NCBI GenBank assembly: GCA_023213395.1
Contig: CM041465.1
Coordinates: 198,221,741 to 198,285,740 of the forward strand
Reading direction: 5' to 3'
Origin: Cycas panzhihuaensis
Lineage: Eukaryota > Plantae > Cycadophyta
Length of the DNA: 64,000 bases
In this document: positions 27,171 to 39,752 of the stretch, piece by piece
Layout of the letters: each line of letters opens with the position of its first letter
Numbering within the stretch: the stretch's first letter is position 1
Notes under the pieces: generated by a model
The model's input: only the letters and a program-made list of their open reading frames with translations
The model's database searches: none
What the model was told of the DNA's origin: nothing
Position numbers and translations under genes: made by a program

Positions 27171-30100
27171 TGTTGAGAATACAAGGTCCCAAACCTTAAA
27201 CCACCATGAGATCTGAACTATTTTGTAACTAGTTATAGGAATCAAAACTAGAATTTAACATGTAAGTTCTAAACTCAAAGATAATACAATAACATGAATA
27301 TGAAAGCCAAACATCACATATGCACCCCATATAATGTGGTAAAACCCTAGTAGTATGCTAGGGAAACATCCACACAGGAAAGGTATCGATCTTTATTATT
27401 GTAAAATGGAGAAAAGTACATCTCAGTAGCAGAGTGCTCTTAGGAACAACAACTAGCCGCTGCCCTCTTCACAATACATTACATTACATACAACATAATA
27501 AGAAAATCCCTAAATTAGGCTATATGAGAGGGACATCCAAGGCATAAATCTCAACCGTAGAATCTAGAGTATTTGTATCAAACAACCCTGATTCTCTTTA
27601 CATTTTAATATGGTTTACAGGGCTAATTTTTTGGGTTGGGGGCTATCACCCCCAAACCCCCTCTTAGTGGGGGGCGTTCCACCCGCTCCCCCCACCCCGC
27701 CCACACCCCCTAGCCAAGGGGGCCTCCCGCCCCCCATTGAAAACCCCTGGGAAAGATTAGGGGGGGAACCGCGCTGCTAACATACCAAAATTTTAGCCTC
27801 AAACTATTGTTGTCACAATATCCAACAATCTATACCTTGACAACAATTTACCCGGTACCTTTCCTAGATCCTTCATCATCTTTTCTGTAAGCCAAGAGAA
27901 GTCAAACACCATTTGAACTTATCTAATGGTACTGGGTTTATGAACATATCAACACAATTCTAATTTCTATGAATCTTTTTAAGTGCCACTCCACCTGCTT
28001 CCATAACCTATCTAATAAAATGGTACTTAAGAGTAATATATTTTATTCTATTGTGATAAGTCAAATTCTTGACTAAGTAGATGGCACTTTGACTATCACA
28101 AAATACCTTTATATTTTCCTGTCTCCTTCCAAGCTCAACCAATAGACCTTATAACCAGATTGCTTCTTTACAAGCATGTGTTGTAGCAACATATTTAGCT
28201 TCCATGGTTGACAGTGTAATTGTGCTTTGTAATTTGGACATCCAAGTAACTGGACCATTTGCAAGAGTGAAAACATAACATGAAGTAGACCTTATTTTGT
28301 CTAAATCTCCTGTAAAATTTGAATCAACATATCCATAAACCTGATTACCTGTACCTCCAAAGGTGATGCAGTAGTCACTTATGCCTCTCAAATACCAAAG
28401 CACCCATTTCACTGCAGCCCAATGTTCCTTTCTTAGATTTGCCATAAACCTGCTAACTACATTGATTGCCTATGAAATATCAAGTCTTGTATATATTATG
28501 ATATACATCAAACTTCATACTGCACTATCATAAGGCATACAAGATATATAAATATTTTCTTCTTTACTACTAGGATTCATATTTGAAGAAAGCTTGAAGT
28601 GGGAAGAGAATGGGATACTCATTGGTTTCACATTTACCATACCAAACCCGGTTAGCACCTTCTCCACATATTTCTACTATGATAACTATAGCTTACCATC
28701 TTTCCTATCTCTGTGTATCTCCATGCCTAAGATTTATTTTGCACCTCCTAGATCCTTCATATCAAAAGTCCTAGCCAATTAAGCCTTTAGCTTATTGATT
28801 TCTTCCATGCTCTTGCTTGCAACCAGCATGTCATCAACATATAATACCAAGATAACAAATAAGCTATTGTCCATAAATTTAAAGTAAACACAATGATTAT
28901 ACTTGCTTCTTTTGAAATTTTGGCTCTCCATGAAGGCATCAAACTTCTTATACCTCTACCTATGTGATTGCTTCAGGCCATATAATGATTTCTTGAGCCT
29001 ACAAACAAGTCTTTTCTTGCCATCTTGTACAAACCCTTCTAGTTGATCCATATAGATCTCCTCATCTAAATCTCCATGTAGAAAAATTATTTTTACATAT
29101 AACTGCTCCAACTCTAAATCGAGAGAAGCTACCAATGCTAACAACACTCAAATTAAAATAAGTTTGACAACTGGTGAAAAGATCTCATGAAAATCAATAC
29201 ATACTTTCTATGCAAAACCTTTAGCCACTAGTCTTGCCCTGTATTTATCAATCTTTCCATCAACATCTATTTTCTTTTTGAAAACCCACCTACAACCAAT
29301 AGTCTTCCTGCCATGTGGAAGTTCTACAAAGTCCCATGAATTATTTATCTTCAAAGCATCTATCTCTTCCTGCATAGCCCTTTTCCACTTCTCACCATGG
29401 ATATCATTTATTGCTTCCTGATAACATGTGGGCTCACCATCATTAGAAACCAAATCAATAGAAATAGAAGGGTTGTACCTGTCAGGTGGATGACTAACTC
29501 ATGTAGATCTTCTAACTATTGGTAGAGGAGTGTCTATATACTACTGTGAATATGCCACTAATTCATCTTTAGAAAGATCTTCCTGTATTTCTGATTCCAC
29601 AGATGGCTATATTTCAAACTTAACTTGTTGATGTTCATCTTGCTACTCCTATTTCATTTCAACTTCTCCACTATCTGATTTTATAAAGGGAGATTCATCA
29701 AATACAACATCTCTATTAATGGTGATTTTGTGGGCAGTAGGATCCCACAACCTATATCCCTTTACACCATCTTTATCACCATAATCAACAAAGATACATT
29801 TCTTGGATTTTGGGTCTAACTTTTTATGCTTACTTTTATTAGTCCAGGCATAAGCATCACAATAAAAAACTCTAAAATTTGAATAATCACATGGATGTTT
29901 AGTCCATACCTCTTCAAGAATCTTACAATCTATTGCAAGTGATGGTGATCTATTTACTAGATAGTAAGTTATTTGAACAGCTTCTGCCTACAAGCCCTGC
30001 TCCACTCCAGCATTAGTTAACATGCCTCTTGCTCTTTCTGAGAGTGTCCTATTCATGCGCTCAGTAATGCTATTTTACTGTAGAGTATAGCTAGTGGTCT

Positions 30101-32502
30101 TATGTCTTTCAATCTCATCTTCTCTGCAATAGTTCTTAAACTCCAAGGAGTTGAACTCACCTCTATTATCAGTTCTTAAACATTTAATTGACTTACCAGT
30201 ATTGTTCTCAACTAGAGCCTTGAACTGCTTAAACACACTGAAAACTCTAGATTTCCTTTTTAAAAAATAGACCCATACCTTCCTAGAGTAATCATCTATA
30301 AATGTGAATAAATACAATGATCCTCCACAAGATATTTTAGGGGCTGGTCCCCACACATTTGAATGTATGTAATCCAGAATGCCTTTGCTAGTGTGACTCC
30401 CTACTTTAAACTTGAGTCTACACTATTTTCTAAAAATACAGTGTTTATAGAAAGCCAAATGTGAAAGTTATAGGTCAGGAAGTAACTTATAGTTTATCAA
30501 CACCTTAAGTCCTTTCTCACTCATGTGACTAAGTCTTTGATGCCATAACTGAGTTGGATCTTCTGTAATCTTTGATGCTGTAGCTACTTGGCTAACATCT
30601 GTACTTCCCATTAAAATATAAAGATTTCCTTTCTTTAAGGCTTTCATAACAACCAAGGCACCCTTTGACACCTTTAGGACTCCTTCATGACCTGTATGCT
30701 TAAAACCACCTGAATCTAGTTCACCGAAGGAAATCAGAATCCTTTTTAGATTAGGTACATGTATAACCTCAATGAATGTTCTGACTACCCCATCGAACAT
30801 CTTAATTCTGATGCTACCAATGCCCACTGTCTTACAAGAAACTTCATTTCTCATAAGCACATCACCACCATCAAGTGGTTGGTATGATGAGAACCAACTC
30901 TTGTGTAGACACGTGTGGTACGAAGCACTTGAATCTAATAACTAGTTATTGTAAGAATGAGAAACATTACAAGTGACTAAGACATCATCATATACACCTT
31001 GATTTGACTCCACTTAATTCACCTCCTTGGCAGTATCTTCCTTTTTCTGGAACTCCTTCCTTTTGTAGTAATCCTTCTTAAGGTGACCAGTCTTATTACA
31101 ATGCCAACACCTGAGCTTACACTTTTTACTCTTTGACTTAGATGTCAATGTATCCCTAGAGTTTTGTCCTCTCTCAAACATTCTACCCCTTACTGTCATA
31201 GCTTCTAGTGTAGAGATTTCAAGACTAGATTTCCTCTGCACTTCTTCCATTAGAAAAGCACTCATAATAGAATTATAATCCAATACATTTGTAGTGCTAA
31301 AACTAATTGAGGTGATAATATTATCCCAAGATTCAGGTAATAAGCATAACAAGGTAGCAACCTTATCCTCATCCTCAATTTTAACATCAATACTAGTCAA
31401 TTAATAAATAAGAGTATTAAAAACATTTAAATGGTCAACAATTTTTTTACCTTCCTTCATCTATAAAGAGCATAGTTATCTCTTCAGGTAGATTCAATTC
31501 GTTACTAATTTAGTCATATATAGGCCTTCCAACCGGGTCCATAATCCTACTGTTGTCTCCTCCCTTGCGATGTTAAATAAGACTTCGTCTACTAAGGACA
31601 ATTGTATTGTGCTAAGTGCCTTTTTATCTAAGTCATCCTATTCATCATCGTCCATCCCTGCGTGTTTCTTTGATTTACCTGCAAGGGCTTTGTACAGCCC
31701 TCCTGTACAAGAATATCATGCGCTTTTAGCTTCCACAACTTGAAGTTGTTTTTGCCATTGAATTTCTCCACCTTAAACTTTGCACCTACTAGTTTCACCA
31801 TTTGGTGTAGAAAAGCTGACACCAAAACCTTTACAAATTCACTACAAAAGAAAAAAGTGGCACTGATACCACTTGTTGAGAATACAAGGTCCCAAATCTT
31901 AAATGACTACAAGATCTAAACTATTTTGCAACTAGTTATAAGAATCAAAACTAGAATTTAACATGCAAGCTATAAACTCAGAGATAATACAATAACATGA
32001 CTATGAAAGCCAAACATCATATATGCACCAGATATAACATGGTAAAACCCTAGCAGTGTGCTAGGGAAATATCCACATAGGAAAGGTATTGATCTTTATT
32101 ACTATAAAATGGAGAAAAGTAGAGTGCTTTCAGGAACAACAACCAGCCACTGCCCTCTTCACATTACATTACATTACATATAATATAATAACAAAAGCCC
32201 TAAATCAGGCTACATGAGAGGGACATCCAAGGCATAAATCTCAACCATAGAATCTAGGGTATTTGTATCTAATGACCTTGATTCTCTTTACATTTTAATA
32301 TGGTTTATAGGGATAATTTTTTGGGTCAGGGCCTATCACCCCTGAACCCCCTCTTAGTGGGGGGCATTCCACCCCCTCGCACCCTCGGCCAAGGGGGTCT
32401 CCTGCCCCTCTTGAAACCCCCCAAGAAAGATTAGGAGGGGAAACTACACCGCTAACATGCCAAAATTTTAGCCTCAAACTATTGTTGTCATAATATCTGA
32501 TA
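27171..32502 (-). mobile_element. Full-length decayed Tork/Tnt1-like Ty1/Copia element
   Basis: LTRs at 27171-27827 and 31874-32502, perfect TSD AATGT, PBS TGGTATCAG (reverse complement, 31863-31871). Gag begins AKFKVEKFNGKNNFKLWKLK. Confidence 0.94.
27890..31800 (-). pseudogene. pol: Tork-like gag-pol
   Basis: ORF fragments at 31014 (CWHCNKTGHLKKD zinc knuckle), 30468 (LWHQRLSHMSEKGL), 30075 (TFIDDYSRKVW), 29208 (YRARLVAKGF), 28956 and 28149 (RNase H). Confidence 0.93.
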
Positions 32503-34358
32503 AATGTTCCTAATTCAAGGGGTGGACCAACATATTAAACCCATAAGATCCTTCTCATATTGTGAGGATTCCTACTATTCACCAACCAATGATAAATAAA
32601 AAACTTATCATCTCTTATCCTTGTATTTGATGATATCAATTAGTAAAGCGTAATCTGATACATATTAGCATGATGTGACAATTTAGATAAGCCCACAATA
32701 AGTTAGAATATCCCTCTTCTAATCATCTATATTCTCCATGAGGGTAAGTATTTAAGAACCAAAGTTCTTGTAGTTATTTACCATAACAACATGCTAAAAC
32801 ACAGTAAAAAAATAGTAAAAAACCATACTACAAATATTCCCCTAGATAGAACAAGTAAAACTCTATGAAGAATGACAAATTAAGTTAAAAATTTCCTAAA
32901 ACTAACCAAAACTTTACATCCTATAAAGTTTTATATCTATCCCATAACAGACAGAGCATATTATAAATATCTCCATGGTACCTCAAAATTTAAAATTCTG
33001 TGGTATCATTGCATTTAATAACTTTGCAACACTATACAAAACTTCACGATACTATGGTCTTTCATAGACCACATCCTATAAAGATCTGCATGGTTTAAAA
33101 GATAAAAGAAAAAAAAAATTATAATCACATTATACTAAAACTAGTCCATTCAGAATAATCAAGGCATTAAACTACCCTTAATTGGCCATAAATAAGGGTT
33201 TAATTAGAATCTATTTGAATAAAAGTTTAAAAAATAAGGCATGCCCTAAAAATTCTAAAAAACCTAAAAATCCAAATAAAAATTCACTTAGAGGTTTAGG
33301 CTTACTAGGTCTAGTGCCTATTGGGCTATTACATCACTATGAATCTAATGTCTCTGACTATACATTAATTTCACTCTTTGTTTATCTATAGTAAGACTAG
33401 TAGTGATCAAGATGAATAGGAACAAATTAAAAAATTTCTAACTTTGAATGTGAAAATAAAATAAAAAATAATTAAAAAAAACATTTTTTATAATCACCAT
33501 AACTTGGCTTTGGAACATCAAAATTTCACCCCATCAATCCCATTAGATTCCTTATTTTGTAAACTATCACCTTACATGATGACTATTATCATTACTACAA
33601 TATATTTTTCATCTACCATACTTTAAAGTACCTCTAAGATAGTTATTAATCAATGCAATTAATATAGTATTCATGCACTTTATTTCATTATAATGCTACC
33701 AAAAGATAACTCTCTTTTAGCATATCATTGTTTACAGTCCAAAGGCTTAGTTTTTAACATTAAACTCATTTATGCAAGCCATATAGGCCTATTTTAGTAG
33801 GTAAACCCTAGCACCCTTGATGTACATTAGTCCAACAAGGCCTTGAGGTACCTCCTCCTATTCATATTTATGTTTATCGATAAAAGCCTTAGTTTTAACA
33901 CATCCTTCTAATGACACAACCTATTTGTGAGTACCCTTTACTATCCAATAAGCTGCCCTCTATAGGCCCTTGTACTTATAACTTTCTTTTAACTTTCTTA
34001 AGCAATTTATTACCTTATAGATGAATTATTTTTTCCCATATGTAACTTGCAACTTAAGCAGTAAATCTAGTAACTTGATCATATGATGTTCTTCCTTACA
34101 ATAATTCTATTTGATCCCTATTATAATAGACAATCTAGCCTCTTAGAACAACCTTTCAAAAGGCCCCTTATTTACTTATCTCATAAATGAAAGGTACTTA
34201 GAGACATCTTATATGAATTATTTAGGTTCATCCAATGGTTTGACCTTCATAGCCCTAATTTTAGGCTTTTGTGTAGACTTGCTTTGTTAAACAACATTGT
34301 CATTTATTGGTTAACCTAGTCCCCCATAAGTTGGCTCATCACTGCAACCTCTTTTTAT

Positions 34359-34420
34359 ACTCTCTCTCTCTCTCTCTCTCTCTATTTATCTATCTCTCTA
34401 TCTCTCTATCTCTCTATCTA
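34359..34420. repeat. (CT)n/(CTAT)n microsatellite
   Basis: Directly visible. Confidence 0.9.
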
Positions 34421-34816
34421 TATGTAAAGTGTATATATACATTAAAAAACATAGAAGTTATACATAAAATTCTTATCACCTTCTTGGCATCTAAGGCAAG
34501 TTGCATGTCAACTTTTTTCCCACTTGGGATATGCAATTTGGGTCTAAATATATAGGTCATTTAGGACCTTCAAATCTAGTTGTTTAGGCCTACCATAGCC
34601 TTAAATGTGATTAAAATATACTTAATGCTTATAGGAATGCAATAGACTTTAAAAATTTATTACAATAGTGATACTAAGACACTCATAGGATTTATCTCTA
34701 ACTTATCTAAAGAGTTGAAGTTAAACCTATAAAGCCTAAAATATGACCACATTAATCATTTTTTTCCCTATTTTCCATATTCATCAAGCTATCTCTAAGT
34801 TACCATTATATTCCCT

Positions 34817-35221
34817 ATGGAATTAATCACTCATATTGATGGAGGATGTCATGGGAACTCTGGTCCTTCTATTATAACTTGGACCATTTGAGACCAAATA
34901 GGCCACTTCTTAACTTGTATTGAAATTTACCTACTTATAGTAATCAATAATACTAATAAGTATATAACCATCACTGAAACCCTCATCAATGCATTGTAAG
35001 TCTATAGTGCTCCTATCCTATTATTTTTTAACTCTTAAGTAGTTATTTATTAGCTTACACAAGTCTATCAAGTTTGTTATATTCAATTATGTGTTTTTTC
35101 TAACCAAGGTAGGTCACTTTTATCTCAATTCTCATCAGTTACAATTGAACATATTCCATAAGAATAAAATAATAAAATAGACCAACTAATTGCTTTTATT
35201 CTTAAATGTCACTTACTATGA
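34817..35221 (+). pseudogene. Stand-alone archaeal-type RNase HI (aRH) relic
   Basis: A single 135-codon frame: MELITHIDGGCHGNSGPS...INNTNKY...NS*VVIY*LTQVYQV...FSSVTIEHIP*E*NNKIDQL. It matches the DGAxxGNPG / TNNxAEY / DSQLV / HIPRExNxxADxL motifs. Confidence 0.82.
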
Positions 35222-36434
35222 GTTGATGTTCCTTCTCAAGGCTTTTAAACCTATTGATGAAGTTGAATCTACATGTTAGTTTACTATTCAATCCCCATTA
35301 AATATCTAAAATACATGTAAACTACTTAATGATCCAATACATACCTATACTATCACTAGTGCTCTAAAATGAGTGTAAATTACATGATGTTCCAATATGA
35401 ACCTAAAATTCCTTATAACTATGTAAGTATCAACCATACTAAGGCTTTACAAAATGAGGCAATCTCTTAGCATTATCCTCAATTTGGTTCTTTCCTCATT
35501 ACATTGTTTGGATTTCATTTACTTTCCCTAGTTCATTTACTTTTTATAAACTCAAAAAAAGGATTTTAAAAAATTGAAAACCAAATAAAATAAAAATACA
35601 TATATTACTCTATTATGAATTTAAACTTTAAATTAGAACTAGCTCTCACATGAGTCTAAACTACCACATAGTTCATAGGTACCATTTGCACTATGGTCTT
35701 CTAAAAGAGGTAATCCCTAGTGTTCTCCCTAATGTAAACTTTTCTTCATGAGATTTGCTTTAAGTTTCTCTTTTCCTAATTTGCCGTTTCATGAAAACAA
35801 CAAAAATAATAAAAAATTATAAAACTAAGAACAAAAAACATGGTTATGAGATGAACCTAAACAACTCTTACCTCCAAAAATAATTGCTAATGAGGTTAAC
35901 CTATGATAATCAACATTTACTTTTGTGTCTATATCATTGGCATACGAGATAACCCCTCTTATGCCCAAGGTAAAAAATGGCTCTAAAATAAACCCAAATA
36001 ACTCCTCTTCTAAAGGGCATTCATTAATGAGCCAAAATTAGGACAACAACCCTTAGATTTTGAGCCCATACTACTGGCCACTAAGGTAACCCCTCAAGTG
36101 GCCATGGTTACTCTAAACTAGTTGTTAAAGAGGATAAAATGTGGTAACCCTTTTTATGTTTATGTAGGTTTCATCATAGATTTTGAACTTGTCATGTTTG
36201 GATTAGACTACAAAGCTAATATCCACACTATTCAACACATCTCTAAAGTTCTTATTGATGAGATTAGACTAAGGCAAAATTCTTCAAATACCTACTAAGG
36301 AGGCTAAACTATGATAAAATACCTTCCTTTTTTATTTTAATAAGCACATGAATAGTTTATATAATGCATTATTGATAGAATTTGCCATCTTATAACTCAT
36401 GTATGAAGACATTCTACTACCAAGGGAGAAAATC

Positions 36435-39400
36435 TGTCTTATAATCTAAGAAGTCCATAGTCATCTTACCAATAGATAAGTAAAGGTACATGCTTCTTAT
36501 CTTTTAGTTTGGTTTAGTTTTATTTTTGACTTTTTTATAAGTATATAGTAATATTTATTTATTATTCTAGTGGATGGATGTTCATGTGTTTAGTCAATGA
36601 TGATTTTGACCACTAAAAGCTAACCCCTTAAGGTTAATGGACTATAAAAATATTTTTTGGTACTTCTATAGATAATTTTTGTACTTCTTCTACTTTTGTT
36701 TATAACATTTTCTTACTTATCTTACTCTTTTAAACCATTTTATCATTAAAACTATTATATTTATATGAAATTTTCTCTATCTAACTACAATGCATGCTTG
36801 TTTATCTCTAACTTCATACCATCTCGTGTTGAAATATATTTGTCTTATACTATATTTGGTCTCTAGAAAACTTTCTAGTACCATGAAGTTCACCACAGTA
36901 CTGCAAAGTTATAAACTTTGTAGTACCACTGAGAACTTTGTAAGATGATAATAAGTGAACTAAAAGAGGGCTACACATAAGTAGTATATAATTAATATGC
37001 CTAATTACATTTCTTACTTAGGAATAATTAAAAATCTTAGGGAAATCCATTGTGTTTCTATCCTAGGAATTGGTCATTCAATGCTTTCTCATCAAGATTG
37101 AGCTTAATCCTTGGGCAATTTATCTATGGTTTTGGCCATCGCTTGCTTCTAAATAATAGGCCCAATACTACTCGATTTTATTTCATAACATCCATAAACT
37201 CCTCCCTATTTTCGCATGAGGGGGAGGCCTAAATTTATAGTGTTATGCTACTAAAATATTACCAAAATTTATATGGAATTCTATTAGTTCTTTACTTGTT
37301 TGATTAGTTTTTATCTTTAGCCTAGAGATTGCAGTCTAATTACTATTGGAGACCTCTTGGATTATACATATATACCATGGGCATTTCTCATTGATCAAGA
37401 ATTTGGAAAATACCCCCATACCATTTGTATTCCATGCTAATTTCTAATTGTGTTTAATTTCTAGTTTTTCAACTATTTTTTATGTTTTACTAAGTTTTTG
37501 CTTTGTATGCCTTATATATTTTACTCTACTTTCTTGATGGAAGTGTCTTATGGGGAGAAAAGAGGCTAGATAGAACTCTTTAAGATATGGATTTAGTGAT
37601 AACTTTGCTAGTTTTTTGGCTCTATTTCTTTTCTAACTTGTTATCATTTTCAATTTGTAATTGCTTTTATTATTATAGGATTTTAGAGCTTTTCATTTCA
37701 TGGACTAGCTTGATAGGTAGAGGAGTGATTTAACACATTTTACGTAGGTTGAATACTTTAAAAGTAAGTTAGAGTCACCACCTTCTCCTTCACTCTTTCC
37801 ACCAAATAAATAGTACATGTTGCACAATTGAAGTGTCACCCAAATTATTCTAGTAATATCCAAAGGTATGAGTTTGAAAACCTTGTTTTAAACTTATTTT
37901 TGATTATTTTGAAGTTATAAACAAAACTTTATTTTATCATAAGTCAATCTTGCAAGAAAAAATACTATTAGATTTTTATTACAAAAATTATGGTTTTATG
38001 CATGCCACTAATCATTTTTTGAGTCCTTCAGCAACTGAGATTCATGAGGCTTGTATTTGAGAGGTTTAAAGGATTATTTAGAGTGAATTCTAGGTTTTCC
38101 TCTTTAAATCCTCCCTTATAGATTTCACTTCTCAAAAATTAAAAAGTTCTTTGAAATATAATTTTAGCTTTGAACTTGATTTAAAAAGAAAAGAACAAGA
38201 ACATTGAATTGTATGCTTGCCATACCAATTTAATTTTTCCTTTATCTCACATATCACTAGTTTTATTTATAAAGAAAAAAAAACATAAAATAATAAAAAA
38301 GAAACTGAAAGAGTTTATATTAATTGCATATCTATTTATATTTGTGCACTTTATGAAGGATAGAATGGACTATAAATTCACACTTATTGTAATTTCTCAA
38401 ATTTGTAAGGCCAAAAGAACTTTTTTAAGTTAATCTGATTACTATTTTCATACAATTTAAATAGCATTTTAGTTACATATATAATTGTGTTAATTACTTC
38501 TCTTAGACTTATCTAGGCTAGGGTTACTCTTGTGCTAAGAAGAGTGGCCACTACCTTTCTACCTAAATTTCATTATTAGATAAAAGAGATGGTCTTGTGC
38601 CTTTAGGCAAATTGAGTCCTAAATGGACTAATAAGGGGTGACTAGTTCATCATGTACTCATATGTGGGATGTTAATAATTGAGTGGACCTCATTTATACT
38701 ATTAACAATGGTGACCTTCTTTTTCTTTTCTTAGAGATGGATGTCCATTAGAGTTGGATATTGACACTGTCAAGCTACCTTATACTTATTATAAGATAGG
38801 TCACTAGTATTGATAGGTGCCTACAATCTTATCCATCATTGGGTACATCCTATGGTCTTAACTTCCTCAAGCCTCTTGCTCTAGCCAATCATTTCCTTCA
38901 TTTATAGATTGATTCCATTGTATTAGGGTAATTTAGGAGGCAGTTTAGGATACATCAGTCCAACTTGGGGGCATTAGTGGTATTAAGTTTGGTGCATAGA
39001 AGCAACTATATTTAGGGTGCATATATCCTAACAACACCCTCATACTATGAGGGCCTTTTAATTAAGTGTTGTTTGGTCCTTCTAAGGGTATATACTGATA
39101 AATAGATTGATTTCATCTTTACACTTTTATTTAGCTACCAACTCACTCTTTAATTGGTTTTCATGTATATTTTCTTCTTCACCTACTTGTTTGCATTCCT
39201 TATCTCATTAAATAGACTTGTCTTTTAGTTTGTTTCCCCTTATTTCCTTTTTACATAATATATATACCTACGCATTGCCCTTTATCCTAGAACCTAGTTG
39301 TCTTTTGTCATTACACTCCTATCTATGAGATGCATGGGTGCCCTATAAGAGGCATAAGCTCATCCCCTTCTTGATGTGGATCCTACTCACCCTTTGAGTC

Positions 39401-39438
39401 TGCTTATTATGTTGTATTATTCATCCTTCCCTCTTACA
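36435..39438 (+). repeat. Tat1 3' LTR
   Basis: Homologous to 680-3543 from ~36615 and ends ...ctcttaca. The tentative start TGT follows the purine tract aagggagaaaa (36422-36432). No PBS follows it. Confidence 0.72.
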
Positions 39439-39444
39439 TCATTC

Positions 39445-39720
39445 CCTCCTATAACTGGCACCTCACCATGTGTCTTGTTTAAAATATAAGTTATGAATAA
39501 GAATACCAATACTAGCTAAACTTCTAGTATTAAATGAAGAAAGCAAACTACTCTTAATTCCTAAATCTATCCTAAAAATATAAGAACATTACTTATGCTC
39601 TAAAATCATTTAATAGTATTATGTTAAATAGAAATAACTTCTAGAAGAAGATGCATCATGGGAATCTCCTTATATTTTTTAAAAGCATCCCCATTTATAA
39701 AATTAAGTTTTGAATGTTTT
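39445..39720 (+). pseudogene. Integrase tail and chromodomain of an older chromovirus
   Basis: HHVSCLKYKL...LNEESKLLLIPKSIL...YYVK*K*LLEEDASWE, followed by PPT-like agaaaggagag (~39739). Confidence 0.8.
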
Positions 39721-39752
39721 GAGAGTAAAGAACCTTTTAGAAAGGAGAGTTT

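Larger units (their letters stand above)
25709..32739 (-). pseudogene. Antisense accessory gene of Tat1: PMD-like domain, putative intron (26297-26433) and coiled coil; split by the Tork insertion
   Basis: Minus-strand reading gives DYALLIDIIKYKDKR**VFYLSLVGE (PMD N-motif-like), LY*TTFIMVNMLA*LDQI...LLQY*FFDHF (PMD W..LA.LY..L / LLQxW-like), then EEL*VEIS*RDAIINERDTTIAKWDDIIA*L*GTIA*. Domain identity is by eye, not by HMM. Confidence 0.6.
680..39438 (+). mobile_element. Giant Tat-like Ty3/Gypsy retrotransposon (Tat1), about 18 kb net, carrying four nested insertions and an accessory-gene cassette
   Basis: Two long homologous direct repeats (680-3543, ~36600-39438) flank gag, RT-RH-INT, tandem repeats, an antisense ORF and an aRH. 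Host sequence reads through each nested TSD. The left end of the 5' LTR appears missing, so no outer TSD can be checked. Confidence 0.7.

Noticed and set aside
34307-34555. 82-aa hydrophobic ORF
   Set aside because: Largely a CT microsatellite; no domain.
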